Assembly: GCF_018977255.1 (NCBI RefSeq)
Contig: NW_024704743.1
Coordinates: 24,988,001-25,052,000 of the forward strand
Direction: 5' to 3'
Source: Callorhinchus milii
Taxonomy: Eukaryota
Length of the DNA stretch: 64,000 nt
Both the position numbers and the translations under genes were made by a program. Under the pieces are notes generated by a model. The model made no database searches. It saw only the letters and a program-made list of their open reading frames with translations, and was not told the origin of the DNA. Positions 25,676 to 37,325 of the stretch are shown here, in pieces (the first letter of the stretch is position 1; every line of letters starts with the position of its first letter).

Positions 25676-26226
25676 TGAAGACAGGGAAGGAGGGAATAAG
25701 GTGGAGCGATTGAAGCAGGCAGTTTCAGAGGGTTGGGTCATAGTGTCCGAAAGCTGAAAACAACCAAACCCTGGCCACGATCGTTACTGGAAATCATAGA
25801 GTTGAGACTGCCCGCACTTACAGGACCTAAGATCCAGTCAAAAGACTAAAACTGTGCACTGGCTTCACAAGTTAGAGTAAGCAGGCAGGAGAAGGTGGGC
25901 CAAGCAGGATTGGGTCAATTTTGTGAAATATTCACTTGAAGGAAATTAAAGCTCATCAAGACTGTCAGACAGTCTGTCGAGACCAGCAGTGGTGCTGGTG
26001 CCGTGGGTGGAAACTGGGAGTATTTCAATAACAAGAGATGCCAAAAAGCATCGCGTTCAAAGATAAATGCCATTGATATTTTTAATCAAGCATATGTCTG
26101 TATTGTATTTCCTCTCCACTTTGCTTCCTTTTCCCTTCTGGTTTCCTTCTTGAGATATAACATGGAATTCTGGCATCGTCTCATTCATGCATATAATGCA
26201 TCCCAGCCAGATAAGCATCTGTCTCT

Positions 26227-26644
26227 GCCCTTTCTACGACATTGTCACTTCATTTCTTTTGAGTTTCAATTTGAATTTCACTGCCCGCACCTGGATAAAA
26301 ATTGTGCCAGAAAGCTGTTCATATAAAAAATTATTAGGGTCTGGATATCAATGTTGGAATCCTGCTGTGTTTCAATGACAATTTGCATCAAATGACTCAT
26401 TTGTATCTGTGTAATAAATAAATAGTATTTTGTGGTGGGCCGGAAGTTGGTTTAAACATCCAAGCGCTTATAACATAAATTGTTCTGCCAAGCATATATT
26501 GTTGCTGTTTACTTTTCATAAGGTCGGGTTTAATTGACTCCACAGCGATGCATGTCTTGAACAGTCAAGCCCTTTCTATGACATCGTCACTTCATTTCTT
26601 TTGAGTTTCAATTTGAATTTCACTGCCCCCACCTGGATAAAAAT
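26227..26644. repeat. 76-bp direct duplication (26227-26302 and 26569-26644)
   Basis: GCCCTTTCTA...CACCTGGATAAAAAT twice, 3 mismatches, offset 342 bp. Confidence 0.92.
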
Positions 26645-27649
26645 ATCCAGTAAGCAAGGGACCATTGTGGCTACAGCAATTATATACACATACCTATGGG
26701 GTAAAAAATTCAATATTCTCAAACACATTCCATTTCTTATTTAAGGAACTGCATTAAAATGTTTTTGTAAGTGCCCCTGCCACACACACACATATGCACA
26801 AAGATGGCAACCATGGCTTACAAAGGTAGCAACCGGCCCACTTGATATACTTTAGTGGGCTGTTTTGGGATCATTTGGGATCTTTCAGTGTCACTTGACA
26901 GAATGCCAAATAAATCAATATACTGTAAACAATACCTGAATGTCTGCCAGTTACATTAAGGCTGGGCACGATTTAGCTAGCCTGTCATTTCAATTTACAG
27001 ATAGAATTGCTGACATGAGGTTTCTCTATGCCACCATCTCATTATAGAGAGACTGCAACCACCAGCTGCAGGTGACTTAACATAAATTTACATTATACAC
27101 ATGCAAAGCTCCTCAGCGGTGTATGCTGACCTTTTAAGCTGGTTCATGGTAATGCTTCTCCTGACCAGTGCTGAAGCACCCACAAGAATGAATTATTCCT
27201 GCTGATTTTGAAGCAACTTTGCATTTTGAGGTTGCAAAGAAAACACTTAAAGAGAGAACTGTCTCTGTCAAAATGTTAAATATTCACATAAACCGATTGG
27301 TACTCAGTTTACCATTCAATTATTTCCCGCCCCCATTATTAGGTTTCATTGTAATTTCTAAATTGCCTGTTAAGATTTATTTTAAATAAATATTTTGTAT
27401 TATATTGTACTCCGAAATCATGAATTCATGAAGAAGTTATTTTGCAAACACTTTCTTGCTTCCTCCTCCTCCCATATGTGCCCTGTTGGAATCATGATCC
27501 CAGTGGTCGGAAACACAATGGGCGGATCGATGGCACACAAGCTGCTGGCTTTTACTGGCTCCAAGGAAAAGACAAAATAATGGTGACTGAACCTAACATC
27601 CTAAATCCAATCAGCCCGTCCAAAGTGGTGACATTCAACAATACATTAC

Positions 27650-27990
27650 TGATAATCCTTGCAGTTGATATAGTGCTTTATCACGTTGATGAGACGTTTC
27701 AAAGCACTTTCAAAATATATTGTAAAGTGAATTCACTGTGTATTTTGTGGGCGAAACACGGCACATTAGTGTCCCACAAGCAGTCGTAGATTCAGTGACC
27801 AAATGTTTTGGGGGGAGGGATCATTACCCCTGGAAAACAATCTGCTAATCGACAACCAACCGGTTTACTACTTACTGCTAAGCAAACAGGGGTGTATGGA
27901 GTAAGAAAACTTGCCTAAGGTTTTGCTTTGCCCATGAATCAAACCTGGATCCTCTCGCTTGTGAGGCGAGCGCACTAACCACTAAGCCTC
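27650..27990 (-). mobile_element. tRNA-derived Deu-domain SINE, long variant
   Basis: Includes the internal block absent from short copies. Confidence 0.8.
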
Positions 27991-29473
27991 GGGGCATTGT
28001 CCCATGCTGCCAGATTGACAATCATGGACATAGCAATGAAGGGCGAGGAGTGAGGATCTCAGTAACATCTGAAATTTGAATATTAATTTAGTTAATTTGT
28101 GAAGCACCCCCAAGACGCTGCGCTCATAACAAAAAGTGTTCCCTCAGGTTTTCCCTTCCTTTTGAATGAAATGTTTAGCTTACATTAAAAAATGAACATT
28201 CAGATATCTTAAATATTTTTATCTCAAAAGAATATAATACAGTAAAAAAATACATTTATATCTTCACTGAGAACCAACAGTAACATCTAACTCTAGGGCC
28301 ATCTTGTGCAAAAAGCTGGTATTGCAGGACCTCGTGACTCTCAATCATAATCATCCCTTTAATGTCATTCAACAAAATTAACAATGTGAATCTTTTCCAA
28401 GTGGGAACTCATGTCCACAAGTACACACAGAGCTGCAATAAATATCCTGTACGTGTACAATTGGCTGCCGCGTTTCGCCCACAAAATAGTCAATTGACTT
28501 TACAGTATATTGCGTGAAGCGTTGAAACGTCTCAAAGGCGTGATAAAGCGCTATATCAAATGCAAGGATTATTAATATTATTATATTACATTCAAGGTAG
28601 GGTTAACCTGGCACTGAATAGGTGCCTGAATAACACTGGAAGTGAAAGTATAGTCGATCCATATCACATTAATGACAATAATCCTAGCATTTGATATAGC
28701 GGCATATTATGCTGTCATGACATCTCTAAGTGCTTCACTGTAATCTTACTGTAAAGTGTAGTGACTGTGTATTTACTTGGCAGCCAATTTGCACATAGCA
28801 ATGTCCCACAAACATCTATGAAGTAACCCAATTTTATTCAGGGGATTTGTTGGCCAGGACACAGGAAGAAACTCCCTTCATCATTCATCTGAACAGTCAT
28901 TGAAGGTGAATCTTTTCCGTTTGCAGCTATAAACCTTCCGAGTAGAAAATGTGTGAGATTTCCACAATCTTGGTGGAATCTCATGTAAAATCAATGCAAA
29001 CTGATCATTCCAAAAGTCAACTCATTCTTGACTTTACAGTTAGTCAATCTGGCATCTCTCTAATTTGGTCAGAGCTGGATCTGGTCAGATGCCTTAATTC
29101 CAAGAGTCAATGTGAAACAGAACATAATTGACTCTGCAGCAATGCAAGTCTTGAGCAATTTCAATCCCTCTGGCCTGGTCTATTTCAATCTCCTTCAAGC
29201 CTTCATATACCGATTTACTTCCTGCTTGAAACCTACAATGAACTCTGCCTCTACTACATCATTTAGCAGGGCATTCCACCGGTTGGGTTTTTGTAGCTGT
29301 GTAATGTGAAATGCTGGGTCACGTGCAGTTTTTGAACTTCCTTTAACGAGGGGGTGGCGTAGAATAAATTGGGAAAATGTAACATTACACGGTATGATTT
29401 TCTCCTGTCTATTTCAGAAATATTATTACTGTGTATTCAAAGAAGTATCTTTCACATACATATTAGAAAATGC

Positions 29474-29479
29474 TTTATT
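29474..29479 (-). terminator. METTL6: Candidate METTL6 polyadenylation signal (AATAAA)
   Basis: TTTATT on + strand ~335 nt downstream of the stop codon. Confidence 0.45.
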
Positions 29480-29812
29480 AAAGCCACGGATCAAAATACA
29501 TTTAAAAAATTCTGTCAAACATCTGTAACTTTACATTTTATAAAAACAATATAGTTCCAGAGAGTGGGAAGTATTTCAATTTGGCAATGTGCACACAATC
29601 ATGTTCATATAAGGAGCAGAACACAGCCAGGAACTCACTGTCTTGGAGGTGTTGGGAAATCAAACCAACTTCTCACCATCACGATGCTTCATTCCATTCT
29701 CCTTACATGCCCAGTGGCCATTGTAAGTCCTGAGGTTCACCTCAGATCACTACTTGTCTAACATCTTAGACTCGTAAAAAGAATCCTTGTGTTTCAACAT
29801 GTCCTACATTTC

Positions 29813-29952
29813 TCACTTTGGCTTTTTACATTTGCACTGCAGAAACACCCTTGGCACACAGAGACCTTCTTTCTTATTAATAGTTTCACGCTGTACATAT
29901 TCATTGACCAGCAATTCATATCCTGCAGCCGTCAAGAGCCGACACACATATT
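29813..29952 (-). CDS. METTL6: tRNA m3C methyltransferase METTL6, last coding exon
   Basis: TAG acceptor completes phase 1; (E)YVCRLLTAAGYELLVNEYVQRETINKKEGLCVPRVFLQCKCKKPK*. Confidence 0.95.
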
Positions 29953-31243
29953 CTATTGGCAAAACAGAAAGAAACAGACAACATGAAGAACAAGTGAGTT
30001 CTGGAAAGAAACATACATCCACAGTTCTGAAAGTTACAATAAGTTGCAATAATTGGCATAACAATTCTTATAATAATATAATAAAAATATGCATTTGATA
30101 TAGTTGGGCTTATCACATTGTCGAAACATCTCAAAGCACTTCACAGGATATACTGTAAAGTGATGTAACTCTATTTTGTGGGTGAAACACAGCAGCCAAC
30201 TTGCAAGCAGCAAGTGGCTTTTTATATAAAAGCTTGCAAAAAATAAGTGCACTGTGTGATGATACTTAGAACACATATTGTCTTAGACCCAGTCCTTGCT
30301 GAAAAATCTGTGAGAAGCTTCTGTGTAAAATATACACTTAGTGACGATGACTACCTCTTTCCTAGTGTTATTCTGTTCTATAGAAAAGAGATTCACAAAA
30401 GCCACTATCGCGTTAACTGGCAGCTAAAATCCACAATCTGCAAGCCGGAAATCACACCCAGGCCAGGGAGGGCGGCATTGAAAATGGTCGGGTGGTTAGG
30501 ATGGAAACCGGCACATTGGTTAATTCATATTCCACACTTCAGGAATCTTTAATTTGGACCGTATGTTATACCTAATAGAACCATAGATATATACAATATC
30601 AAGAAATTGCACTTATATAGTGCCTTTCACGTCAGGAAGTCATCCTAATACACAGTTGAGGTTTTGCACCCGAGTTTGAGATGGATTCAAGGGGTGGGGT
30701 TAGGGGGGGTGGTGGGGAAAAGATGACCGAAAGCACAGTCAAAGAGGAAAGTCTTGAGAACTCTCCCCCGTATTGCTTTGGAATGTCAACTTAGACTGTG
30801 TGTCAGGATATGGGGCTTGAACCACAATCCGCTGACTCAGAGGCGAGAGTGCTACCAACTTAGCCAGTCTGACACAAACTATCGTAACTATAGAACCAGA
30901 AGCATAACTTCACACAGCTAGAATTTAGCATTTTATAATAATAATCCTTTCATTTGCTATAGTGCTTTTCACGTTTTCTAGACATCTCAAAGCGCTTCAC
31001 AAAATGTACAGTAAAGTGAATTGATTGTATATTTGTGGGTGAAACAGGCAGCCAATTGCGCAATTTATGCAAATCTATTTCACCTTCAGATCCCTGAGAC
31101 AAAGTTATAATTTTTTTAAAACATATCTGCCTGTATATGTTAAGATGGCAGACACTTCAGAATGATAGGCAACGTGCATCTGAGCCCTCAATCAAAGTTG
31201 AAAATCCCTTCACTTCTTTAAACAATGACATACAGTATCTCAC

Positions 31244-31385
31244 CATCGGAAAAGAAGAAAGACCGGGTTCCATCTTGCCGAACATAAAAATTTGATCCAA
31301 GTTTGTGACCGGTTTTAAAACGGAGCATGGTGTGGTCATACAGTCCATAGTCTCGGAATAGTAGGCATCCACCTGGTTTCAATAC
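31244..31385 (-). CDS. METTL6: METTL6 coding exon 4
   Basis: CAG|VLKPGGCLLFRDYGLYDHTMLRFKTGHKLGSNFYVRQDGTRSFFFSD+1 nt|GTGAG; 142 nt. Confidence 0.96.
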
Positions 31386-32120
31386 CTGCCAGAAGCACAC
31401 AGAGAACCATCAGCAGCTCAGCTACAACAAGCACATTAACAACAACAACTTGGATTTATATAGCGCCCTCCACGCCAGACGGCGTCTCAGAGCGCTTCGC
31501 AGTAACAGATTCTCAACTACTGTAGGAATTGACACGTCTATGTCACATCAGTGCAACAATACAATTAATTCATAAAATATGCAACATTTAATGATTTAAA
31601 AGTAAACCATACACAACAACAACGAGGTTCTAATTTACGATATTGACAAACTAGATTTGGGGCATTAATTGCGAGTTCTGTTTTGCGGTTATCAGATTGC
31701 CAGTGAATCACTAATCCAGCGTTTACATTCTGACATTTGGTCAGATTGTTCAGGCCTTAGGGATAAGTAAGCAGGGTCTCCCTGTGGCTGGGCTGGCTCC
31801 AAGGTGATGTGTCTGCTGATGGAATGTCAATCCTCCGCGGCAAACTCAGGAGTCCAGCTCTAGAGCAATTGGATCCGCAAGACTCCAAGGCATTGCTGAT
31901 GATAGACCAGTCGGCCTGGCTTGATGGCACGACTTGGGAGGAGCAGACCAGGCACTGGGGGCAGGGATTCTTCTCCTAACAACTCTTCAAGCCAAAGCCC
32001 TAACATCATAGAAGAGCAGAGTCAAATAGTCGATGGAATATTATTGTTGAATCCTTTCAAATCTCCTCACTTGCACATTACAACTAAAGAGGCGAAGTGA
32101 AAGTGTCATTAGGTACTAAC

Positions 32121-32291
32121 TTTATAAATATTTTCTAAGACCAGCTGCATCTTGTCTGGGTGAATGGCAGAGAGAACAAAGATCAATGTTACAGCGTCCA
32201 CCGAGTCTGCTGGCACGTTCTCCAGGAGGTTATCTTTCGTCAGGTCACACTGGAAGGCATTGCACCGCTCAGGGTTGTATAAAGGGTTTTG
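32121..32291 (-). CDS. METTL6: METTL6 coding exon 3
   Basis: AAG|QNPLYNPERCNAFQCDLTKD...LIFVLSAIHPDKMQLVLENIYK|GTTAGT; 171 nt. Confidence 0.96.
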
Positions 32292-33068
32292 CTTTAAAAA
32301 CAAAACAAAGGCAAGTCTGTGCGAAATATTAACGACCATCATACTGTAGCAATAACAACAACAAATTATATTTGTATAGCGCCTTTCATGTCAGGAGGAC
32401 GTCCCAAGGCCCTATGCAATATGTAGCAAACTATACACAATAATAATGGTTCTAATTGACAGTATTTACAAAGCAGATTTGGTGCACTAATTACAACTTC
32501 TGTTTTGCAATTGTAAGTTTGCCAGTAAATCACGAAACCCAAATTGGTAAAATCCAGTGTTTGCCTTCCAACATTTTGTCCAATTTTTTTACAACCCTTA
32601 GAAATAAGATTTACATTTATTTCACTCTGAAACAATGCGACCGCGTTATGATATGCTGCAGGTTACCAAGTACAATAAGTTTAAAAGGTGAAGCAAGTAA
32701 TAACAATGGGGGAGTGGCACTAGTTGGATAGCTCTTTCAAAGAGTTGGTACAGGCACGATGGGCCTCCTTCTATGCTGTAGGATTCTATGATAGGAATAC
32801 ACCAATGGCAATATGTGGGAGAAAGTAAATTAACTTTATTCGGGAATTTTTATGTCAGCTAAAATTTGTTTTCGTACACAAAAAAAGTTACAAAGCACTT
32901 AAAAAATACAACCACCTACAAAATACAGTATCTTGTTACAAAGGTGTCACTGTTCTCAGCAGTGCCACCAACACCAGATGTGCCACCAACAGTGCCAAAT
33001 ATGCCAGAAAACAGTGCAGTACCAATAAATTAGTAGTCATTAAAAACAAGGGCCATTTATGCACCAAC

Positions 33069-33203
33069 CTTGACGAATTCTACAGCTCGGGGGGAGAAAT
33101 CACAAGCATAACTAAATATATTCAAATCTTCTTCCAGGAGAGGAAATAAACAGTTTCCCACTCCACAGCCAGCTTCCAAGACGATCAGTTTTTGAGCTGG
33201 AAA
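33069..33203 (-). CDS. METTL6: METTL6 coding exon 2 (SAM-binding motif I)
   Basis: CAG|FPAQKLIVLEAGCGVGNCLFPLLEEDLNIFSYACDFSPRAVEFVK|GTTGGT; 135 nt; too short for the ORF track. Confidence 0.96.
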
Positions 33204-33740
33204 CTGTAGGGAAGAGAAACACATAAAGTTAAGTACACAATCATTAAAATATTGCTGAATAACAAAACCATAAAGCAGAAAGGTGCTGACATTTCACCAA
33301 TTAAAGGAATCAGCTATATTTTGAACAAGGGTCAATATCAATATTGTGCAAGGGAATACAACAATCTTCATTTATATTCCTTGTTTCACATTAACAAATC
33401 TTAAAGCACTTGACAAATATATTGGTGGTTGCCAAGCAGGGAAATAAGGGATTCAAAGTTGTTGGTCAATGACACGGTGAAAGAGATATGTTTTTAGGTT
33501 CTTGAAGATAGTAAGAGAAGTAGCAAGACATTGTTAAAGAGGTTTTAAAGAATAAAAGCAGAGTATTTACTTGAAGAAAAGTATTCTTCTCATGCTATTT
33601 ATTTCCACCACAAAATAATCAAGTATTTCAAATGATCAATTTTTTGTTTTCTGCAGGTTTTCACTGAACTGATCACTGCATCAGCGTCTAAATGCTCAGC
33701 CTCGTTGTAATGCCCTCTTGCTTCAGTCAGCAGCACTTAC

Positions 33741-34070
33741 TTCTCTACATGCTTTCAACTCTTCAAATTCCCTAGTTGTCCAATGCCTGTCTTTGAAAAA
33801 ATTGGTACTGTTTCTCTTATAAAATAAGTCCCAATTCTTCTGCGCTTCTCTTTCCAGTTTTTCTTGCTTAAAATCAGACACGAGATTCCGGTCTTTTTCT
33901 AGTTTTTCTGCCTCCTCAGGGTCCAGGATTCTCGCACTGTGTCCTATTGTTTGAAAAGTCGCTTCTGGCCTGTAAGGTGTTACAGTCACCATTTTCTCTC
34001 TTAAAGTGCAATCACTTCGCTGTTCTGTTCTCTGTGGTTCAGTAACACAAGCTTCCTTTGTGTCACCCAT
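33741..34070 (-). CDS. METTL6: METTL6 coding exon 1 (exon begins at 34113; ATG at 34070)
   Basis: MGDTK...ARILDPEEAEKL...EAQKNWDLFYKRNSTNFFKDRHWTTREFEELKACRE|GTAAGT. Spliced CDS totals 918 nt (305 aa); start-codon choice is inferred. Confidence 0.93.
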
Positions 34071-34959
34071 TGTTTTTTTAAAAAATACTCTGGAAATGAT
34101 CCAAACAATTTTCCTGAGGAAGAAAAAACAAGGAGTCAACAGATTCCTCTAAGCAAGATTCGCTAAAAGGAGCAGAGTGGGATGAGAGAATTGGGTCACT
34201 GTGTAATGGAAATGACAGGATCCCAGGATGTCATTCCCCACCGCACGCTCCCCATGCTGAGATCAACAAAGTAATATCCAGTGCTTTAACATTCCACATA
34301 GTTCTGTGTAAATTGACTAAGCACTGCGCACGTCTAACCCCGGGCGGGCTGCGCCATGCCCAAGTGCCTGACGTCTAATACCGCACTATTACATGTCGCA
34401 GCCACACAACAGTCGCTACATACAGTGTACTTCCCCTGTAACCAAGCTTTCACCAGTCATATAGGGGTGGGGGGACGGTCTTCACTTTGATCTCCCAATC
34501 CCATTGACTAGTACCCACACAAGGGGTTTCCTGACAGGAGTTGAGAATCCCCTCTTTGTATGAATATCCTTGTTAGTTGCACACAATTAAGCAGTTTTGT
34601 GTTGCATGACTAACTACACGATGTACGTTTTCGTGACCAGCACTTGGCTGCTTAGAAGAAACTTTCAACTTAACCACTAAATTGAGCCATTTCAGGCGTT
34701 AACCCAATCCGAAGAAAATAGGCATCAAAGTATTTTACAATGGTCAATGGCAGATAGTTGGTGACTTTCCAAGTATGTGAGCTATGAGCTCAATGGTAAG
34801 TGGACTTTTTGATTGTGGTACTGAACAATGTACAACAACAACTTGGATTTATATAGCGTCCTCCACGCCGGACGCGTGGAGCGCTTTACAGTAATGGATT
34901 CTGGGAACGAGTCAGGGGGAGGAGGGGGAGGAAGGTGACCAAAGGCGCGGTCGAAAAGA

Positions 34960-35521
34960 AGGAGGGAGGGAAAGGGGGAGGGAAGCGGGGAGGAGGGGCA
35001 GGAGAGGGGGAGGGAGGGGGGAGGGGGGGCAGGAGAGGGAGGGGGAAGGGCAGGAGAGGGAGGGGGGAAGGGCAGGAGGGAGGGAGAGGGGGAGGGAGGC
35101 GGGGGAGGAGGGGCAGGAGAGGGGGAGGGAGGGGGGAGGAGGGGCAGGAGAGGGGGAGGGAGGGGGGGAGGAGGGGCAGGAGAGGGAAAGGGAGGGAGGA
35201 GGGGCAGGAGGGGGGGAGGAGGGGCAGGAGGGAGGAAGAGGGGAAGGGGGGAAGGGCAGGAGGGAGGGAGAGGGGGAGGGAGGCGGGGGAGCAGGGGCAG
35301 GAGAGGGGGAGGGGGGGAAGGGCAGGAGGGAGAGGGGGAGGGAGGAGGGGCAGGAGATGGGGAGGGAGGGGGGAAGGGCAGGAGGGGCAGGAGGAGGGAG
35401 TGGGGGGGAGGGAGTGGGAGGAGGGAGGAGGGGGGGAGTGGGGGGGGAGGGAGGGGGGGAGGGAGTGGGAGGAGGGAGGAGGGGGAGTGGGGGGAGGGAG
35501 TGGGGAGGGGGGAGTGGGGGG
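34960..35521. repeat. G-rich polypurine tract (METTL6 intron 1)
   Basis: Almost entirely G/A with many G-runs; starts at the 5' break of a small L2 3' fragment. Confidence 0.92.
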
Positions 35522-35573
35522 TATCAGATACAGTATAGACAGTATAGAGCACCACGTGATGAGGACTATTTAC

Positions 35574-35748
35574 CTCTGAGGCCGCTCTGACCCCGGGTGT
35601 CGCTGGGCTCCTGTGACGTCACAGAGGGGGTGGGGGGGCCGCGCACCGGAAGCGGAAGTTGCTCCTCCCGGGGTCAGGCAGTCGTCGCTGCTTCTCCTCC
35701 TTCTCCTCCCCCCCTTCCCCCCCCCAAGGCCCGGGCCCGGCCTCAGCC
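35574..35748. promoter_or_regulatory. METTL6/EAF1 bidirectional CpG promoter with candidate METTL6 non-coding exon 1
   Basis: 14-bp palindrome CTGTGACGTCACAG (35611-35624, full CRE), tandem ETS/GABP sites CCGGAAGCGGAAGT (35646-35659), minus-strand donor GAG|GTAAAT at 35573. Confidence 0.8.
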
Positions 35749-35863
35749 ATGAACGGCACCTCCCAGCCCGGCCTCGGCCTCAGCCTCGGCAAAGAGGAGC
35801 ACGTCCTGAAACTGGGCGAGAGCTTCGAGAAGCGGCCCAAGAGCTCCTTCCACACCATCCGCT
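35749..35863 (+). CDS. EAF1: ELL-associated factor 1, exon 1
   Basis: [38 protein letters not shown]+T|GTGAGT. Confidence 0.96.
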
Positions 35864-35879
35864 GTGAGTGCGGCCCCCG

Positions 35880-36352
35880 GGAGGGGAGGGGTGGGGGAGG
35901 GACTGAGAGAGAGGGGGGGGGGGAGAGGAGAAGGGGGAGAGAGAGAGAGGGGGTGGGGGGGGAGAGAGAGAAGGGGGGAGAGGGAGAAGGGGGGAGAGAG
36001 AGAAGGGGGGAGAGAGGAGAAGGGGGGGAGAGGAGAAGGGGGGAGAGAGAGAAGGGGGGGAGAGGAGAAGGGGGAGAGGAGAAGGGGGGAGAGGAGAATG
36101 GGGGGAGGGAGGAGAATGGGGGGAGAGGGAGAATGGGGGGAGAGGGAGAAGGGGGAGGGAGAGAGAGAAGGGGGGGAGAGAGAAGGGGAGAGAGGAGAAG
36201 GGGGAGGGAGAGAGAGAGAAAAGGGGGGGAGGAGAGAGGAGAAGGGGGGGGAGAGGGGAGAAGGGGGGAGGGAGAGAGAGAGAAAAGGGGGGGAGGAAGA
36301 GAGGAGAGAGGAGAAGGGGGGACGGGGTGGGGGGACACAAGGTGGGGGTGGG
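35880..36352. repeat. GA-rich polypurine tract (EAF1 intron 1)
   Basis: Visible directly. Confidence 0.92.
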
Positions 36353-37044
36353 AGAGTTGTCTGTGAGGTTGGGGGTAAAATGTCAGGTGGGTAGTTCATC
36401 AGCAGAGACAAAGTGCAAATCCTCCCGACGTGAAAGGCGCTCTTATAAATGCAATGTTGTTGTTGTTTAATTTTGGAGCAAGTCACATCAAAATTAGTTT
36501 CATACTTTTAACCAAAATAAGTGAATGTTAATCATTCCCAGCTGTCTCGCGCTTGACCGGAGTGTAATGCAAATTAATAAGTTGTTTGTGGAGGGCTTCC
36601 TTCCCTCTGTATTTTCTCGAACCAAATATTATCAAGATCAGGAAGTGTAAAATGTTGAAATGGTTCAGTTTGTATATTGTTTTTCACAAAAAAGTTAAGT
36701 TGCGGAATCACTCAGACTGAGATTTGGATCAATCAAATGGACATTGCACTTAACTCACTAAATTTTCCTTTCTATGTCTGTTGTATAGCAAAACGTTGCG
36801 TTTTATACTGCAATGAATGTCCTAATGATTGAGATATGGCGGGTCTGAGAGTGCCAATCACCTTGTCTCTGCCAAAGATCAGGCACAGATGGTGTTTATC
36901 ATGGGAAGATCAGAGGGACCAAAATAGTGGATAAATACTGTTTATTTTAAAAAGTTAAATTTGACTTGTAACTTTATCTAATGGGAGATTCGTGACCTCC
37001 TGATGTGATAGCTGCTGCGTAAATGCAATTTCCTGCTGTTTGTT

Positions 37045-37325
37045 GATAGAGCAGCTCAGCGAAACACCTGGGTTGGATTCCCAGCACGGTGAGACCTTGG
37101 GCAAGTTTCCTTACTCCACACGCCTGATAATAATCCCTCAAGAAAAAAGCAATAATAAAACGGTCACTTCAATCCACAACTGTTTGTGGGACACTGCTGT
37201 GCACAATTGGCTGCCGCATTTCGCCCACAAATATGCAGCCAATTCACTTCAAAAGTATATTCTGTGAAGCACTTTGAGATGTCTAGAAGACGTGAAAAGT
37301 GCTATATCAAATGCAAGGACTTATT
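37045..37325 (+). mobile_element. tRNA-derived Deu-domain SINE, degenerate head
   Basis: Body and tail match the family. Confidence 0.82.

Noticed and set aside
34782..36486. Pro-rich and Gly/Arg/Glu-rich ORFs around the EAF1 start
   Set aside because: G/A low-complexity tracts; only 35749-35863 is a real exon.
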